Assembly: GCA_004022145.1 (NCBI GenBank) | Contig: RCNU01000008.1 | Direction: 5' to 3' (one strand) | DNA: 64,000 nucleotides | From: Paecilomyces variotii | Lineage: Eukaryota | Part shown: piece by piece, positions 1-12,454 of the stretch | How positions within the stretch are numbered: position 1 is the stretch's first letter | How the letters are laid out: the number at the start of each line of letters is the position of its first letter | Notes under the pieces: model-generated | The model's database searches: none | The model's input: the letters and a program-made list of their open reading frames with translations, nothing else | What the model was told of the DNA's origin: nothing | Position numbers and translations under genes: made by a program

Positions 1-573
1 CTCTGGAACTGGATTTCCGCATGAGTATAAAGCTCAACCCTAAAGTCTCCGTTGGCGCAGGCATCTGGGGACAGAGGGACTGGATCACCTTCATTGGTGG
101 ACAGTGGGCTGGTCGATGGGGCAAGGGTGTGGTTCTGGTATGTGCTCTTATTCATCTTTCAAGCTCTGTCCAATGCTAATTTCTATGTACAGCCTGGTGG
201 ACAGGATTCTCAGGTCGTGGTGAAGGAGTTGGCCACAAGCATTAAAGCCAACTACATGCTACAGACTGCCGACGAGCCTCCCGCTTTCATTGTCGTCAAG
301 ACCAATGGTTGGTTGACTGGCGCTAAGGACGTGCTGGAAAAGCTGGCTGATCCTAATGTCGCCGATACCATTAACCCGAACACATATAAGTATCGCATCA
401 ATCTCTCTATGGAAACCGGTGATGAGCGATATGCCTTTGTGAATACCCTGATGTGGATCGGCAGCTGCTGTCGCAGAGGCCATGAAAGTATGTGCAACCC
501 CTTACAGATAACTTAAACGAAATAAATTGCTAACTCCATCCTAGTCATCTTCGACGCTTTCCGCGTGAACTGA
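1..573 (+). CDS. DUF3237 (UPF0311) family protein, 5'-partial
   Basis: Spliced model: exons <3-137, 193-487, 545-573 with GTATGT..AG introns. Translates LELDFRMSIKLNPK...GQRDWITFIGGQWAGRWGKGVVL|PGGQDSQ...YMLQTAD...ETGDERYAFVN...IIFDAFRVN*, typical of the family. Confidence 0.85.
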
Positions 574-1467
574 TATGCTACAACACGATTTAGTTATGCT
601 TTGACCGTTATTCAGCGAGTGACATATATGTTCGAGTCAAATCCCGTACTCTAGTCTGAAATTGTGGTTCCTGATGGTGTCTCGGTCAGAATTGGGGTCT
701 GTTTCTTCTTATCGATACTCGTATTTCCACTCTTCCAATTATGATGCTGGCACGACTTGCTTTTGTCACTTTCGACGTTGGGCGTCGTTTTTCTTTTCAA
801 TCGGATGGTATTCTCTTATCCACCATTTATGATACGCAAAACTGTAACTTTTAGCCTAAGCTTATGTGGAGCATTTGTTTCTCGAGTGATGTAACAATTT
901 GATGGAGACCATTTATTTCTTTACAGGGAACGTGAACAACTCGGGTGTCTTTCCATCTGATATAATCAAACAGCCTTGAATCAGGCTGGATAGTTCACAG
1001 CTACTGATGAAACAACTGCCCGAGCTTTTATATTAGTAAAGCCCCTAAAGCTTATTATTTCGTCCGAGTATGTTGACCGACAAAGTACATACATAGATTA
1101 ATGCTCCAAACGATCTGTATTTCCGCCGCTGCGGACGAACCCTAAAGTGGCAACCGATTGATAATCGGACCGCATCTCCGAGATCTTCGTCCGCCCTCCG
1201 CTAAGTGGCTAAGTAGGTAGATTTCTCGAATCTATGCAGGAATCTCTCTTCAAGCGACCCCAGTTCTTTTGTCTTTTTCGAGGATGACAGATGTAGAAGG
1301 AGTGTAGTTACTATCTACTCTAGTGAAATATAAGGACTGACTTCACGAAGCAAATTGCTCCTCTCTGTAGCAGAAATCAATTTCGATTGATCGCTCCGCC
1401 CATTTCGTCTCCGGTAAAAGCCATGCAAGATAATACTAATTTATCTCGTCCGAAGCAGCTCCAAGTC

Positions 1468-2510
1468 ATGGCTAACTCAACCGTTGTCTTTATCACTGGC
1501 GTGAGGACAGGTATGTTCTATTTACAACTCACCAAGTCAAACCCTCTCCCGTCGAGGGGGTCATCTACTGTGCTACCTAGGTATCCGAGCTAATGTCCAT
1601 TCTAGGAATTGGTAAGGCCTTGGCTCAAGCATATCTCGCCCGGTCCAACCATATTGTCGACACCTCAGACGCGAGTGTCCAGGAGCTCAAAGATAACCCC
1701 GTTGCCATTGGTTCTAAACTACTTCTCGTTGCCTTCGAGAGCACCTCAAGCACTGACATTGCAAAGGCCATCAAGGAAATTGAGGCTATTGATATCTCCT
1801 ACATTCATCTTGTCATTGCAAATGCAGGCGTCTGTCCTGTCCTTACCCCAATTGCCACAGTTGATGTGAACGATGTGATCACTGCCTTCAATGTCAACGC
1901 GGCCGGCCCTCTTATTCTCTTCCAGGCAGTCAGGCACTTGCTCGAAAATTCAAAGAAGTCGCCCAAGTGGGTGTCTATGTCGAGTGCCGCTGGTTCCATT
2001 GGACTCCTGGAGGCACAAGGTGCGCTAGGCGTAGCAGCCTATGGAATGTCGAAGGCTGGAATGAATTGGTTGACTACGTAGGAACTCAGGTTTCTAATAC
2101 CTAGTCCTGTTTCTTCACATAATCGCAGGTTGTTCTGGAAATGGTGAAAGCAGTAACACTAACATTGATGATCATAGGGCCATACACAGCTCTGAAAAAT
2201 GGCTCACTGCCTTCGCTGTCCATCCTGGGTAAGCACCCCCCTCCGCCCCTTCAGGGGAGCTTATTCCCATATTATTATAGTTTGGTCCAGACGGAGACGG
2301 GCAACAGGGGTGCAAAGTTAATAGGACTGGAACTTGCCCCTAACTCTCTGGAAGAAAGCACCAGCAAAACTATCGCTGTAGTAAGTGTCTCTTTGGATAA
2401 TAAGTGGACTTGATGGAGCTAACTTGCTTATTCAGATTGACAAAGCCAGCCGCGAGAGCACGTCTGGAAAGTTCTTCAATGCTATTGATGGCACGGAGAT
2501 CCCTTGGTAA
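1468..2510 (+). CDS. Short-chain dehydrogenase/reductase (Nor-1-like ketoreductase family), possibly degenerating
   Basis: Five exons: 1468-1510, 1606-2077, 2178-2228, 2281-2380, 2436-2510. Motifs ITGVRTGIG, VIANAG, YGMSK, VHPGLVQT and C-terminal DGTEIPW*. Confidence 0.85.
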
Positions 2511-3222
2511 AGAGTATATCTATGAGTGCGGCCTGGAATGGAAGCAAAAACGAAAGCTAAATGTACTTATATTCGGGATAGTACCTCTTGAAGTTGATAG
2601 ACTACAGAAACTTGCCGCTGTTTGATATCCTAAGTCCTACAAATAGCATAGACTGCTCTGCCTACTATCCAAGACAGTGTTTCCCATTCAGAATGTCTTC
2701 TTTGATTAATGTCTGGTTTAGATGGATCGCCGCAGGTGAAACTGCATACCCGTTGTTCCGGGTAGTAGATGCGTGACGCAGCTCAGCTTGTGCCATAGCG
2801 ACCTGGTGCTGATGCATCTATTATTAGGATTGTAGTCAATCAAACTATTCACATAGGTTCTAGTTTCTCACAATATTCTCAGAAATTGAACCCTTAGCAG
2901 ACAAAGTGGAAGGGGAGCTGTCCAGGAGGTCAAAGAAGGCTACGCGTTGGAAGGTACTTGCTCCTACCTTGACACACAGGACGCGTGCCCTCCCCAGCAG
3001 CATATTAATATCTGTCAATTCTCACCCTCATCATTCACCATTCCCGTCAACTTCCATTACAGCTATCAGGGAACGATCTTCTTTCATCAAGCCACCCCTC
3101 ACCCCTCCCACCCTAGCGTTTCTTGTGAAGCTGCTAGACACTCTCTTTGGTTCTGTGCTCGCTTCATCTGTGCTTCCTTAAGAAATCATCAGTCTTCATC
3201 ATCTACGATCTATTACCCAAAG

Positions 3223-4211
3223 ATGTCGACCAACTCCATTTCCCAGGAGGATCACAGAGCAAACGCTGATGGCCACCCCGACCCCACATGTGTCGACGAG
3301 AACACTCTCATGTGCTATATCGAGCCAAAAGAGGGACACGAGAGCAGTGAAGTCATCGGAATCAAGAATGGCCGTCGCACCATAATGTGTACGTTCAAAA
3401 ATCCCAGAGACGGTGGTCACCTGTGCTCCTACGGCATAGTCGAAACCGAACCGACTTCCACCCCTGAGGAAGTCAAGAACGACTATACCAAGAAGTGCGA
3501 CGAATGGAAGAACTCCGAATGTTGGAAAGATCTTGAGATCATGTTGCGTTGTCTCGTTTCTGAGGGACAAATCTGTGTCGACCACTGTGTTCTGCTCGGG
3601 CCCGGAAGCCCTAGCTCGGCCAAACATGGCAGCATATCCACAGAAGAGTGCAGACAGCGCTCTTTGCTGCAGTTTGCCGTGTTCTGCTCTGTTGCGAGCT
3701 TGATTGGTATGAATTGTCGTCGAATAAAGCTTTATATGCATGCCCGATCTGACATTTTGTGATAGCGTCCTGCCAGGGTGACAAGCCTCCGAAACTATTC
3801 GCACAAGAACCTAGGTTCAATGATGTTGACCGCGAACTCTGCCATTACCTTGGAATCCAGATTGTGGACCACCCGGAGGGTTTCCAAAAGATCACCAGCA
3901 ACTCCTTCGCCTATTGCCCAGGCGCAGAACAGATTGTCGATCTGCGCTGTTTCGAGCATGATCCCGCTCTTTACCTGGGCGGGGAAGCTGAGACTTGGCT
4001 TGACGCCCGTGGACGCCTCAGATCGAGGTTTGAGGGAATCGAATATGACGAAAATCAGAGAATGGTTCCGTCGGATGAATCGTATGGCGCTGAGGAGGCA
4101 TTGTGTGCGCAGATTGTGAAGACGTTCATGAGCACGCGGGAGGAGCATGTTCTCGATGATTACGAAGACGGGGCTGTGGGTTCTTGGCTGATCTACAAGA
4201 AGAACCAGTGA
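3223..4211 (+). CDS. SRR1-like domain protein
   Basis: Two exons, intron 3707-3765. CVLLGPGS...SLLQFAVF...LFAQEPRFNDVDRELCHYLGIQIVDHPEGF...FAYCPG matches the SRR1 domain pattern. Confidence 0.7.
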
Positions 4212-4444
4212 ACAAAGTAGGAGTGAGCTGGTTTATCAACTCAGTCTGTTGTCTGGTGATGGCTTTCAGAAGTATTCTGCGAATTTGTACGAATGTACTA
4301 GGTAATACCAACAAAAGCACGGTTGAGATTCTTTTTCCTCCCTTGAGGTAGGCGCGGCAAAATTACCAGGACAGATCAGAGACAGTAGATTATAATTAAA
4401 CATACGTGTCGCATAGGATTTCTTTGGTTGACTCGCTTATAGAT

Positions 4445-4728
4445 TAGCTTCAGCACCGTTATTGCTGCCCTTCGCATTGGTCATTCCATTGGCGCGGTTG
4501 TAGACGTTCATCAGGCCCATGTTATGCTGCACTACAACCCACGTCTTGTCCACGAGTCGATTGTTGGCCCATCCACGCAGCTGTCAACTCAGCACATTGA
4601 GCAAGTCCAGTTGCACCAAGGGGCAAGCTTCCAGATAGATTCACGACCATCTTTCCACCGTACGTGATGTCCCCTCTCCTAACCATTCCATGGGACATTC
4701 CAAGTTCAGAGAAGCCTAGTGCATCCAA
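4445..4728 (-). pseudogene. Relic of the C-terminal part of an SCP2-type thiolase (non-specific lipid transfer protein)
   Basis: LDALGFSE...[32 protein letters not shown], frameshift, then [10 protein letters not shown]...QHNMGL..VYNRANG. It has short internal deletions and no 5' half. Confidence 0.8.
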
Positions 4729-5219
4729 GACCCTATCTCATTCGCAGTAATAATATAAAAGTTGCTCGGTTCAACTCCATAATATTAAATACTGGTGATG
4801 CGACACTAGTATATTTCTAACGACAGATGATTGGTGTAGACTGTTTTCTTGGCCATTGTTTCTCCTATTCGGGTCAAGTGCACCGCAACTAAATAATCAG
4901 TCCGTTGCTTTGCATTGGTCGATAATCGGCTCTACTCTACCATAGCTAGAGAATGGATTTGAATCAGATTATAATTAGCATCTGGAGTGTGGTATAAGGA
5001 CTAGACCTGTATAACCCATTATTTTCCTAGCTGAACTGTCCACGTAGTGTTTGTAGTAGGTACATAAGGGATTTTTCTTCGTGTCTCTCGTCGTTGTAGA
5101 CTCGTCTCAATCATTCAGTCAGCAGCCCTACAACAATCAACAACGCAATATCTGCAGCTGAACTGAGAGAAGGCGACTCCAACGCTGCAAACCCCAGAGG
5201 TAGCCGCCCATTACCTTTT

Positions 5220-6712
5220 TTGGTTGATCCAATAACTGGAAAGATCCTGCGAGGTTTGGCCGCTGGCATCGGGCTCGCAGCAGAAGCCTACCATCATCAC
5301 AAGGAGAAGAAGAAAACTACAACGGCAAATGAGGGAGAAGACAATCCACCACCTACTATCCATGAAGGGAATAGTCAGCATCACCCACACGATGAGGATA
5401 ATTACTCCGCTACACATGACGAGCAGGACACGCTCAACGAGTATTATTCATCCAGCATCCCGCAGCAAATGTACGAAGCGACCTGGCAGCTGGACGAAGC
5501 ACAAGATCGTCTCAGCAGCCAGGAACCTCCACCGTACTCCGTGAGCGAAGAACAGCTTCCTCAACTTGCAGAGTCGTTCTTACAGAATCACTCTTCACCA
5601 CCCCTTCAAAGAACACAACCCCCAAACCTCCCTTTACCTGTCCTCATCACCCAACGCCGCCCTGGCAAGCGATCAAGAGGTTTCATCCGCGCATACGCGC
5701 CGCCCCTTCTCAACGATGTCGGAATCGACCAAGTGACTTTCCTCGATTTCATCGACAATCTGAACAAGGCCGTCCAGCCAAGCGGCTTGATCCAAGCCCT
5801 CAACCTGGCGTCTATCGCTGGGCTATTCGCTCCGGATCACTTCGCTTTACTTATCTCCATTGCGATCCAGGTGGCTACGAATATAGGCGATGAGATCCAT
5901 AGTCGGGTGAAAACGAATAGTTTCCTTGATAGGATCAACGATTCATTCTTCGCGCCCAGAGGACTTGTCGCTATTATCATGACTTGGAAGCCCAGCCAGC
6001 TACAGGAAATGATCACGACAGCTACTTTCGATGTGGACTCGTCGCTCGCGCCGGTAGTATCGAACGGCGAGAGCAGTGGATACGAGAAGTTCAAGCGAAA
6101 GTTCGCTCCGTCGGGAGGAGTGCCGACTTTCGAGTGGCCTGAGTTCTCACCGGTGATTTTCCCCGGGCTTGATGATCTGGTCGCAGATAAGGAACAAGTT
6201 AAGAAGAAAAATGGACTTAAACGATCGTCGAATTTTGTCGAAGAGTATATGGATAGGAGAGCACGGGCGAAATGGGCAGGGCATCATCCGCAGAGCATGA
6301 TAGCCAATGCGGGGCCTAAGGAGACGTTCAAGTCGATTTACTCGGATCCTAACCATCCTGCGAGCAGTGGTGATCCATTGGCCTTGTTGACGGGAGGACG
6401 TGTGCAACTTCCGTCGCTGCCTGTACCTGGTCGTCTTGGAGGTCGAAATAACAAGCAGACGTCCGGTGGTGAAGGTAGAAGCTCGTCTACAGATGGCGTC
6501 ATTCGCAAGGCTAAGACTGGGGCCTTACCTACGTTACTATCAGGGGGATTGACACTTCTCAAGAAGGTAAGTGGTCCCCCACGCGTAAGTGCTTCTTCGC
6601 GGACATACTGACTTTAGTGACTGTGAAGGACATACTATACCTTTTGATTGTCAACCGTCCAACACAGCAGCAGCTCGCGGAGGCATCGGCTCTCTTACGC
6701 TCATCACAGTAG
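5220..6712 (+). CDS. Conserved fungal protein of unknown function (GIGLAxE / PVxIxQRRP / GFIRAY family); start codon uncertain
   Basis: Long ORF plus a terminal exon 6629-6712 after intron 6567-6628 (DILYLLIVNRPT...). Family motifs QRRPGKRSRGFIRAYAP, YMDRRARA and YSDPNHPASSG. No in-frame ATG precedes the N-terminal motif. Confidence 0.75.
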
Positions 6713-6940
6713 TCTTAATGATAGGGAGTATGATTCTACAGCGTCCAGTAAAGATGAATCTCTTGTTTCTTGAATTCCATAACTCAGCCTAGCTGAATAA
6801 TATACAACATAGCACATATGTTCATCGAAATGAAGATTTGTTTCTATTCCAACCAGTTCCAGCCTTCGTCGTATCAGACAAGCCCAGTGTCAATTCCCCA
6901 CGTTCAGAGTGAACCGTGGTGTCGTGTCTGCGTTATCGTT

Positions 6941-7323
6941 TTATGCCTTGAGCTGGCGGGCGTTACGCTTGAAAGGAAAGCTGCCGTCCTGAGGAGTCTT
7001 GCCAGGGAAGGGACCAGGAGAGCCGCCTTCGCCATGGTGTGGGTGTGGGCGTCGGCCATGGAAAGGAGCAGCGCCACTTGGAGTAGGGAGGGCACCGCTG
7101 CTGAAAGGGAATGGAGTGGGCGAGCCACTGGGGGAGCCACTGGGGGTTGGTACAGACAAGCCCGTGATGGTCAAAGTGTAAGGGCTGTTGTTCTGTTTCC
7201 GGATATCGAATGAGCTGCCGGTCACATATGTCTAGAGTTGACTATGGGACTTACCTGAGGAGCGGCCATGACAACAGAGCCGGACAGGAGCAGAACAGCA
7301 GAGATAGACGCGATGAACTTCAT
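6941..7323 (-). CDS. Small secreted Pro/Ser/Gly-rich protein (~106 aa)
   Basis: ATG at 7323 gives the signal peptide MKFIASISAVLLLSGSVVMAAPQ. A phase-0 intron 7193-7254 (GTAAGT..CAG) joins it in frame to NNSPYTLTITG...FKRNARQLKA*. TATA-like TTTAAATA near 7536-7543. Confidence 0.7.
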
Positions 7324-8880
7324 TTTGATGTGCTGGTGTACTTCTTGCTTTTTTCAAAAGGAGCAGATAGGTAATGAATGGACTTCCCAAAGAGTCGTTC
7401 CTTTGAATCTACCAGCGATTCGAGGTAAAGAATTGAAAAAGTATGTGTTGACGGTTGCAAAGAAAAAACAGAGACAGTGGATAGTTAGTTAGATGTGGTT
7501 CAAGAGAGAGGTTCACTCACCAGATAGAGGGAGGGTATTTAAATTTCAGTTCCTGGGACTGCAGGGACTATGATTGTCCTTCCTTCACCACCAGACGGGA
7601 AAGCAATGTAACCAGGTACTGGGGCCCATTGCTGATCAGTCCAGGTCTAGATCTACATGCGCAAGCCATCGAGGTGGGTTGGACGGATTGCGTGAACAAG
7701 ACGGCACATCGTTCCATCGGGACCTGGTCTGCGGGATCTAAACGATATCATTCGGTCTGGACTTCAGCAGATGGCGATCATGCTGTGGAGGGACATGTCA
7801 CTGCGGTACGGAGTACGTGTTTCATGAAACGAGAGACCATGACAGGTTGGAGAAACATGAACGATCGATCACCTCATTAGATGACCACGAGTCGCCGGTT
7901 CCTGCAATATGGGTCTCTGTCCAAAACCAATGTGGCACTTGTAGAACATTGGCGATCCAGAGAAAAGAGCAAAATTGCATCTGGGGATCAACCAACATTG
8001 ATGAGCAATGTCCAAACCATCCATGGATATGATGGATGGCGATGAAATCCAACGGGTGTTTTGGAGCATCCGTCAGGGGAACCAATGGCGTTGCAGATCT
8101 AATCGCTGAAACGAAACACGGACGCGCGTAGTTCTCCACAGAGCAAGTTGGTTTCGATCTTCAAGGGTCTCGATGAAACGTTTTGTCTTTCATTATATTC
8201 ATCTTTGGGAATTGACAGGAAACACGAGGGATTGCCATCAGAATGCTGGACTCGGGTTAGGTGAAGAATGTCGGACGCCATTCGATAGTGTCAGGCGATT
8301 AGAGAAGTAAGTATATGGCCATGCACTTCAAGCATACCTGCTAACACCAATACAGCTATGTAGGGTCCTTTTATTCCAAAACCATCAACGCAATGCAGGC
8401 TGAGATGCTATTTAATATTATGCCATACTCCGCACAAAGTACACTTAAGGTTAGACTTAGGCTTGAGCCGGTGCTTTGGCTGCCGACCGTGTGTAGAAGG
8501 ACAATGGCAACCATACTCGACTACAATGTATGTGACTCTGTAGGTATTTATCACAATTTCTGAAAGTCCATTCTAAGATATATCAACTGTGAATTATATA
8601 GACTCTATAGGATGACGTAGCAGTTATGAAGGTTTCCGTAAATGTAGAATCGCAGGAATATATGTATTTTTCTACTCTCTCTAAGTAGACAACCTATCCC
8701 CCCAGATGGTATTACCACGCAGCGCTACCAAGCCCTGAAAAATAACTGCTCTTGAATATTTCCTTTCGGAGTATCATTATCCTCGAAGAACATTGAATAT
8801 ACGCACATGTGGATCATGGGAGAATATTCCCAAGGCCGATTGATGATGGCCTTGTCTTGGATGCCGAGAGCGCTCTTCTT

Positions 8881-8975
8881 GGCATCGGCCACGCTTACCT
8901 AGCCCGCGTCCGGACCATCATCATCGGTGTGGCCAACCAGAGAAAGAGTCACACCTTCAGGAATTGAAGAAGTAA
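8881..8975 (+). pseudogene. Possible short relic of a Nor-1-like SDR N-terminus
   Basis: Reads GIG-HAYLAR-(PDH)-IIIG...LQELKK with indels. It resembles GIGKALAQAYLARSNHIV...VQELK of the SDR at 1468-2510. Confidence 0.4.
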
Positions 8976-9233
8976 TCCAGGAAAATCAGAGGAGCAAATT
9001 TTCATTCATTCTTGCTTATTTTCCCTCTTCAGTCTCAGTTTCTTTTTAATTCAGTACTCGTCCTGGGAAATCCCCGCTGGAATATCAAAAGGGGGGTTGT
9101 TTCTGACGGCAGCGGTGGGGGAGACTTTCACAGAACGCACGCAGCGTCACTTCAAATTACCTCTCGTCTAGCGGTTATTTGAGGCTTCATTCCAATCGCA
9201 ACTGGTAATTGCAGTAGTAGCAATCATCGCACT

Positions 9234-10356
9234 ATGTCGTCAACTCGGATATCAGAGAATGGTGCCGATGAGGAGGATGACTTCAAGAGTTTGGGCTTAC
9301 CGGCGGATCTGGAGGCCAAGACATATGCCAAGTTCGATAGTATGGTTAATGAACGGCGCATATTCTATGAAGTTACGAAGACTGAGATCTATTCGCATAA
9401 TGGGTTTCTGGTAGGTTTTCTTTATTTACTTTATTCATTCATTCATTCGTTCGTTTCCGTTTCGGTTACTACCCACTATTAGTAGTCGGGAGAGGATTAC
9501 CTATTCATGTCGGATTTCCCTATTGGGCTTTCTACCTGTTGGATTAATTGATAAAATAATATATAAAAACTCATTCCCACACATCCACTAACGAAAAAAA
9601 AACCCCCAGTTCGAATTCCGAATCACCCCCATCCTATCCGACAAACCAGTCCTACCACCCAACGACCCCGGCCGTATCAAATCCAGCGGACCCTTCATCA
9701 ACCCCAACCCAGACGAAGTAATCACCAACATCGGCGCATCCCATCGTCTCCTAGTAAATAAATACTGCATCTACAGACCCATGCTGGTCCTACCCACGCG
9801 CGAGTTCGCCTTACAAGAAGACGACCTGACCGCCACAGACCTCACTGCCGTATGGGCCGTGATGAAATCATTCTCTACGACCCGTCTCCTGATGATCTAT
9901 AACTGCGGTGTGAATTCCGGCTCGTCTCAGGGCCATAAGCACATGCAGCTGTTTGCAGAGCCGGAGTTTGAAATCTGGCCTGCGAGAGCGTCGGCGTCTG
10001 CTAGGGATGAAGTGGAGAGTAGGATTTCCGGCGTGTCGTTTAAGCATTTCGTGTTAAGGATTCCGGAACATGCCACGGCGAGGGATGTTGTGAGGATCCA
10101 TGACCGGCTTCTGGCGCTGACGAAGGATGTGTTGGTGAGGATTGGGGATGTGGATGGTGATTATAATGTCGCTATGACGGAGGAGTGGATGGTGCTTATT
10201 CCGCGCAGGACGTTTGGTCCTGGTGGACCGAATGGGTCGAATGCGGCGGGGATGTTGGGGCTTGTGGCGATTAAGGATGAAGAGGAGAGGAGGAGATGGG
10301 CCGAGTTGGGGTATACGGATTATTTGGCTTATTTGGGTGTTCCTATTGATGCGTAG
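9234..10356 (+). CDS. APA2: Diadenosine tetraphosphate (Ap4A) phosphorylase / ATP adenylyltransferase
   Basis: Exons 9234-9410 and 9610-10356. Motifs LLVNKYCIYRPMLVLPT, YNCGVNSGSSQGHKHMQ (HxHxQ), YNVAMTEEWMVLIPRR and NAAGMLG. Confidence 0.9.
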
Positions 10357-10619
10357 GTTTTCTCTACTTCTAGATATAGTTGTTTTTGTGATCTGTTTGT
10401 TTGCGAGCTGCTTTCGTTATGGGGGTTTGTGTTCAGGAAAAAAAGCTCTGCGCAGGGAAGACGGATATACGGAGTTTTTTTTCTTCTTCTTGCTCGATTC
10501 ATTTGTAGATAGTTGTTATTTTTAATAATGTTCAGATATATAGATATGAGAACTAGCATCCCGTCTATGCTAATAGGGAAGAAAAAGGTATTATTCTAAA
10601 GGTATCTATCATGACCGGT

Positions 10620-11757
10620 TTACCGAGCCAGGTTCTGGGGAGGAGGAACAGCTGGTCCCTCAGGGGTAACGTAGGCCTTGGTCATGCCTCCATCGACAAC
10701 AAAGTCGGCCGCATTGACGAAGCTGCTCTCGTCGCTGGCGAGGAAGACGACGGCCTGGGCTTGCTCGATGGCCTCTCCGAAACGGCCAGTGGGGAAGTGC
10801 ACTTCACGTCTGTGGCGCTTGGCCTGGTCGTCACCAAGCCAGTCCTGGAGGAGAGGAGTGCTGTTGATTGTTAGTATATTGCTCAGTGGATAATCATGAA
10901 GTGCATGGTGAGACATACTTGAGAGGAGCAGGGCAGAGAGAGTTGAAACGGAATCCCTCGCGGGCGTGCACAATGGCCAGCTCGCGGGTCATAGCTAGGA
11001 CAGCACCCTTGCTGGCAGTGTACGCCAGCTGAGGAGTAGCACTACCGACCAGGGCAACCACACTGGCCGTGTTGATGATGCTACCCTTGGTCTTCTTGTG
11101 TCTGCGCAGACTCAGGACGGCGTGCTTGCAACCGAACCACACTCCCTTGACGTTGATGTTGTGGGTCAGATCCCAGATCTTCTCGGGAGTGTCGAGAGCG
11201 TCGGCGTCATCGGCGTGCATGATACCCGCGTTGTTGAAGATGACATCCGTGCCGCCCCAGCTGTCCTGAGACTCCACCATGGCCTTCACGTCGGACTCCT
11301 TGGAGACATCACACTTGATCGTCTCGACGCGCTTGGCGTTAGGAACCAGCTCCTTCACCTTGGCCAGGGCTTTCTCGAGTGCAGGCTCGGAGATATCGGC
11401 CATCAGGACAGAGGCACCTTCGCGGGCAAAGAGGATGCTGGTCTCCAGACCGATTCCACTGGTAGCGGTTAGCATGTCTCGTTTCGTCAAGTGACTTCTG
11501 AGTCGATGTTGCCCCAAGTAGCTTGAAAAGGAGCTTCAAGATACTAGGTGAAGGTAGAAAAAAAGCATGCTAAACATGATGTAGAAGAGCCCCGCATGCC
11601 ATGCGAATAAATACACTGGCCAGATCAAACCACTTGCGCTTGACAAGCAGGACCAAAGGGCCTTTTGCAATCCACGGGTTTCAGTAATTATATAGAAATA
11701 AATAACTCACCCTGCGGCGCCAGTGATGATGGCATTCTTGCCTTCGAGTCGACCCAT
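10620..11757 (-). CDS. Classical SDR oxidoreductase, similar to the SDR of actinobacterial glnA4 operons (Rv2857c/SCO1611 type)
   Basis: Exons 11757-11711, 11458-10919, 10860-10620, plus a probable 5'UTR intron 11798-11872. [78 protein letters not shown]. Confidence 0.92.
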
Positions 11758-11879
11758 GGTGGCAGCAGCAGTGTTGATTCAAGGGAGATATAAACGCCTG
11801 CGGACAAGTTAACACTGAGTCAAACATTCCAAATGCCAGGCGCAGACTGGTATCAATCGCTGGTAAACTTACAGTTTGT

Positions 11880-12454
11880 GGAGAGCTGAGGATGTTAAAT
11901 GCCCAGCTCTGGATCTGATCTCGTTAATTGCCTGGAAGTTCGATGTCTTCTCAGGAACAGGACAGCAGAATCACCGTCGTGAATGCGGCGGGGTCTAGTG
12001 GCATGTGTGGATTCTCTTATCTAAGCTCGACCCGACAGGAGAGACGCCACATTGCTCAGGAACTAATCAGTCCAAGTACGTAACTATTCTATTGACTCAC
12101 TCTAGGACACACCGTTTCTAGAGAGACATCGCGATAGGAATAAAAGTCCTGACTTCATTATTGTCACTGAACATACGAGATCTAGTCCGACGTGTTTCGC
12201 TATCGAACAAGAAGAGGTAACCAGAGTCTAACCTTCCTTGGTGCCCGGGCGGTCAAGGATCTTGATAAGCTCCGATAAACGTCCTCAGCTCCTCCACCCC
12301 TCACTTGAACACTGGTCGTGCTGTCCGCTCCAGTCGCATACCTTCATCGTTGACCGTAGTAAAAAGGTTCTTCTTTGATAGTCGTTGTAAGTATTGACGC
12401 CGTTCTTCCGCCCAATCGTTGTGGTCCTGACAAGCAAGCTCTCAATAGGCCACC
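11880..12454. promoter_or_regulatory. Bidirectional promoter with clustered GATA (AreA-type) sites and a CreA-type site
   Basis: HGATAR on either strand at 12016-12022, 12132-12137, 12200-12205, 12263-12268, 12273-12278 and 12376-12381. SYGGRG (GCGGGG) at 11988-11993. Confidence 0.6.

Noticed and set aside
1468-6712. Secondary-metabolite cluster suggested by the Nor-1-like SDR and neighbours
   Set aside because: No PKS, NRPS, terpene synthase, cluster transcription factor or exporter in the window.
11798-11960. Upstream exon as an N-terminal targeting extension of the SDR
   Set aside because: After splicing there is an in-frame TGA before the ATG and no upstream ATG, so I treated it as a 5'UTR intron.
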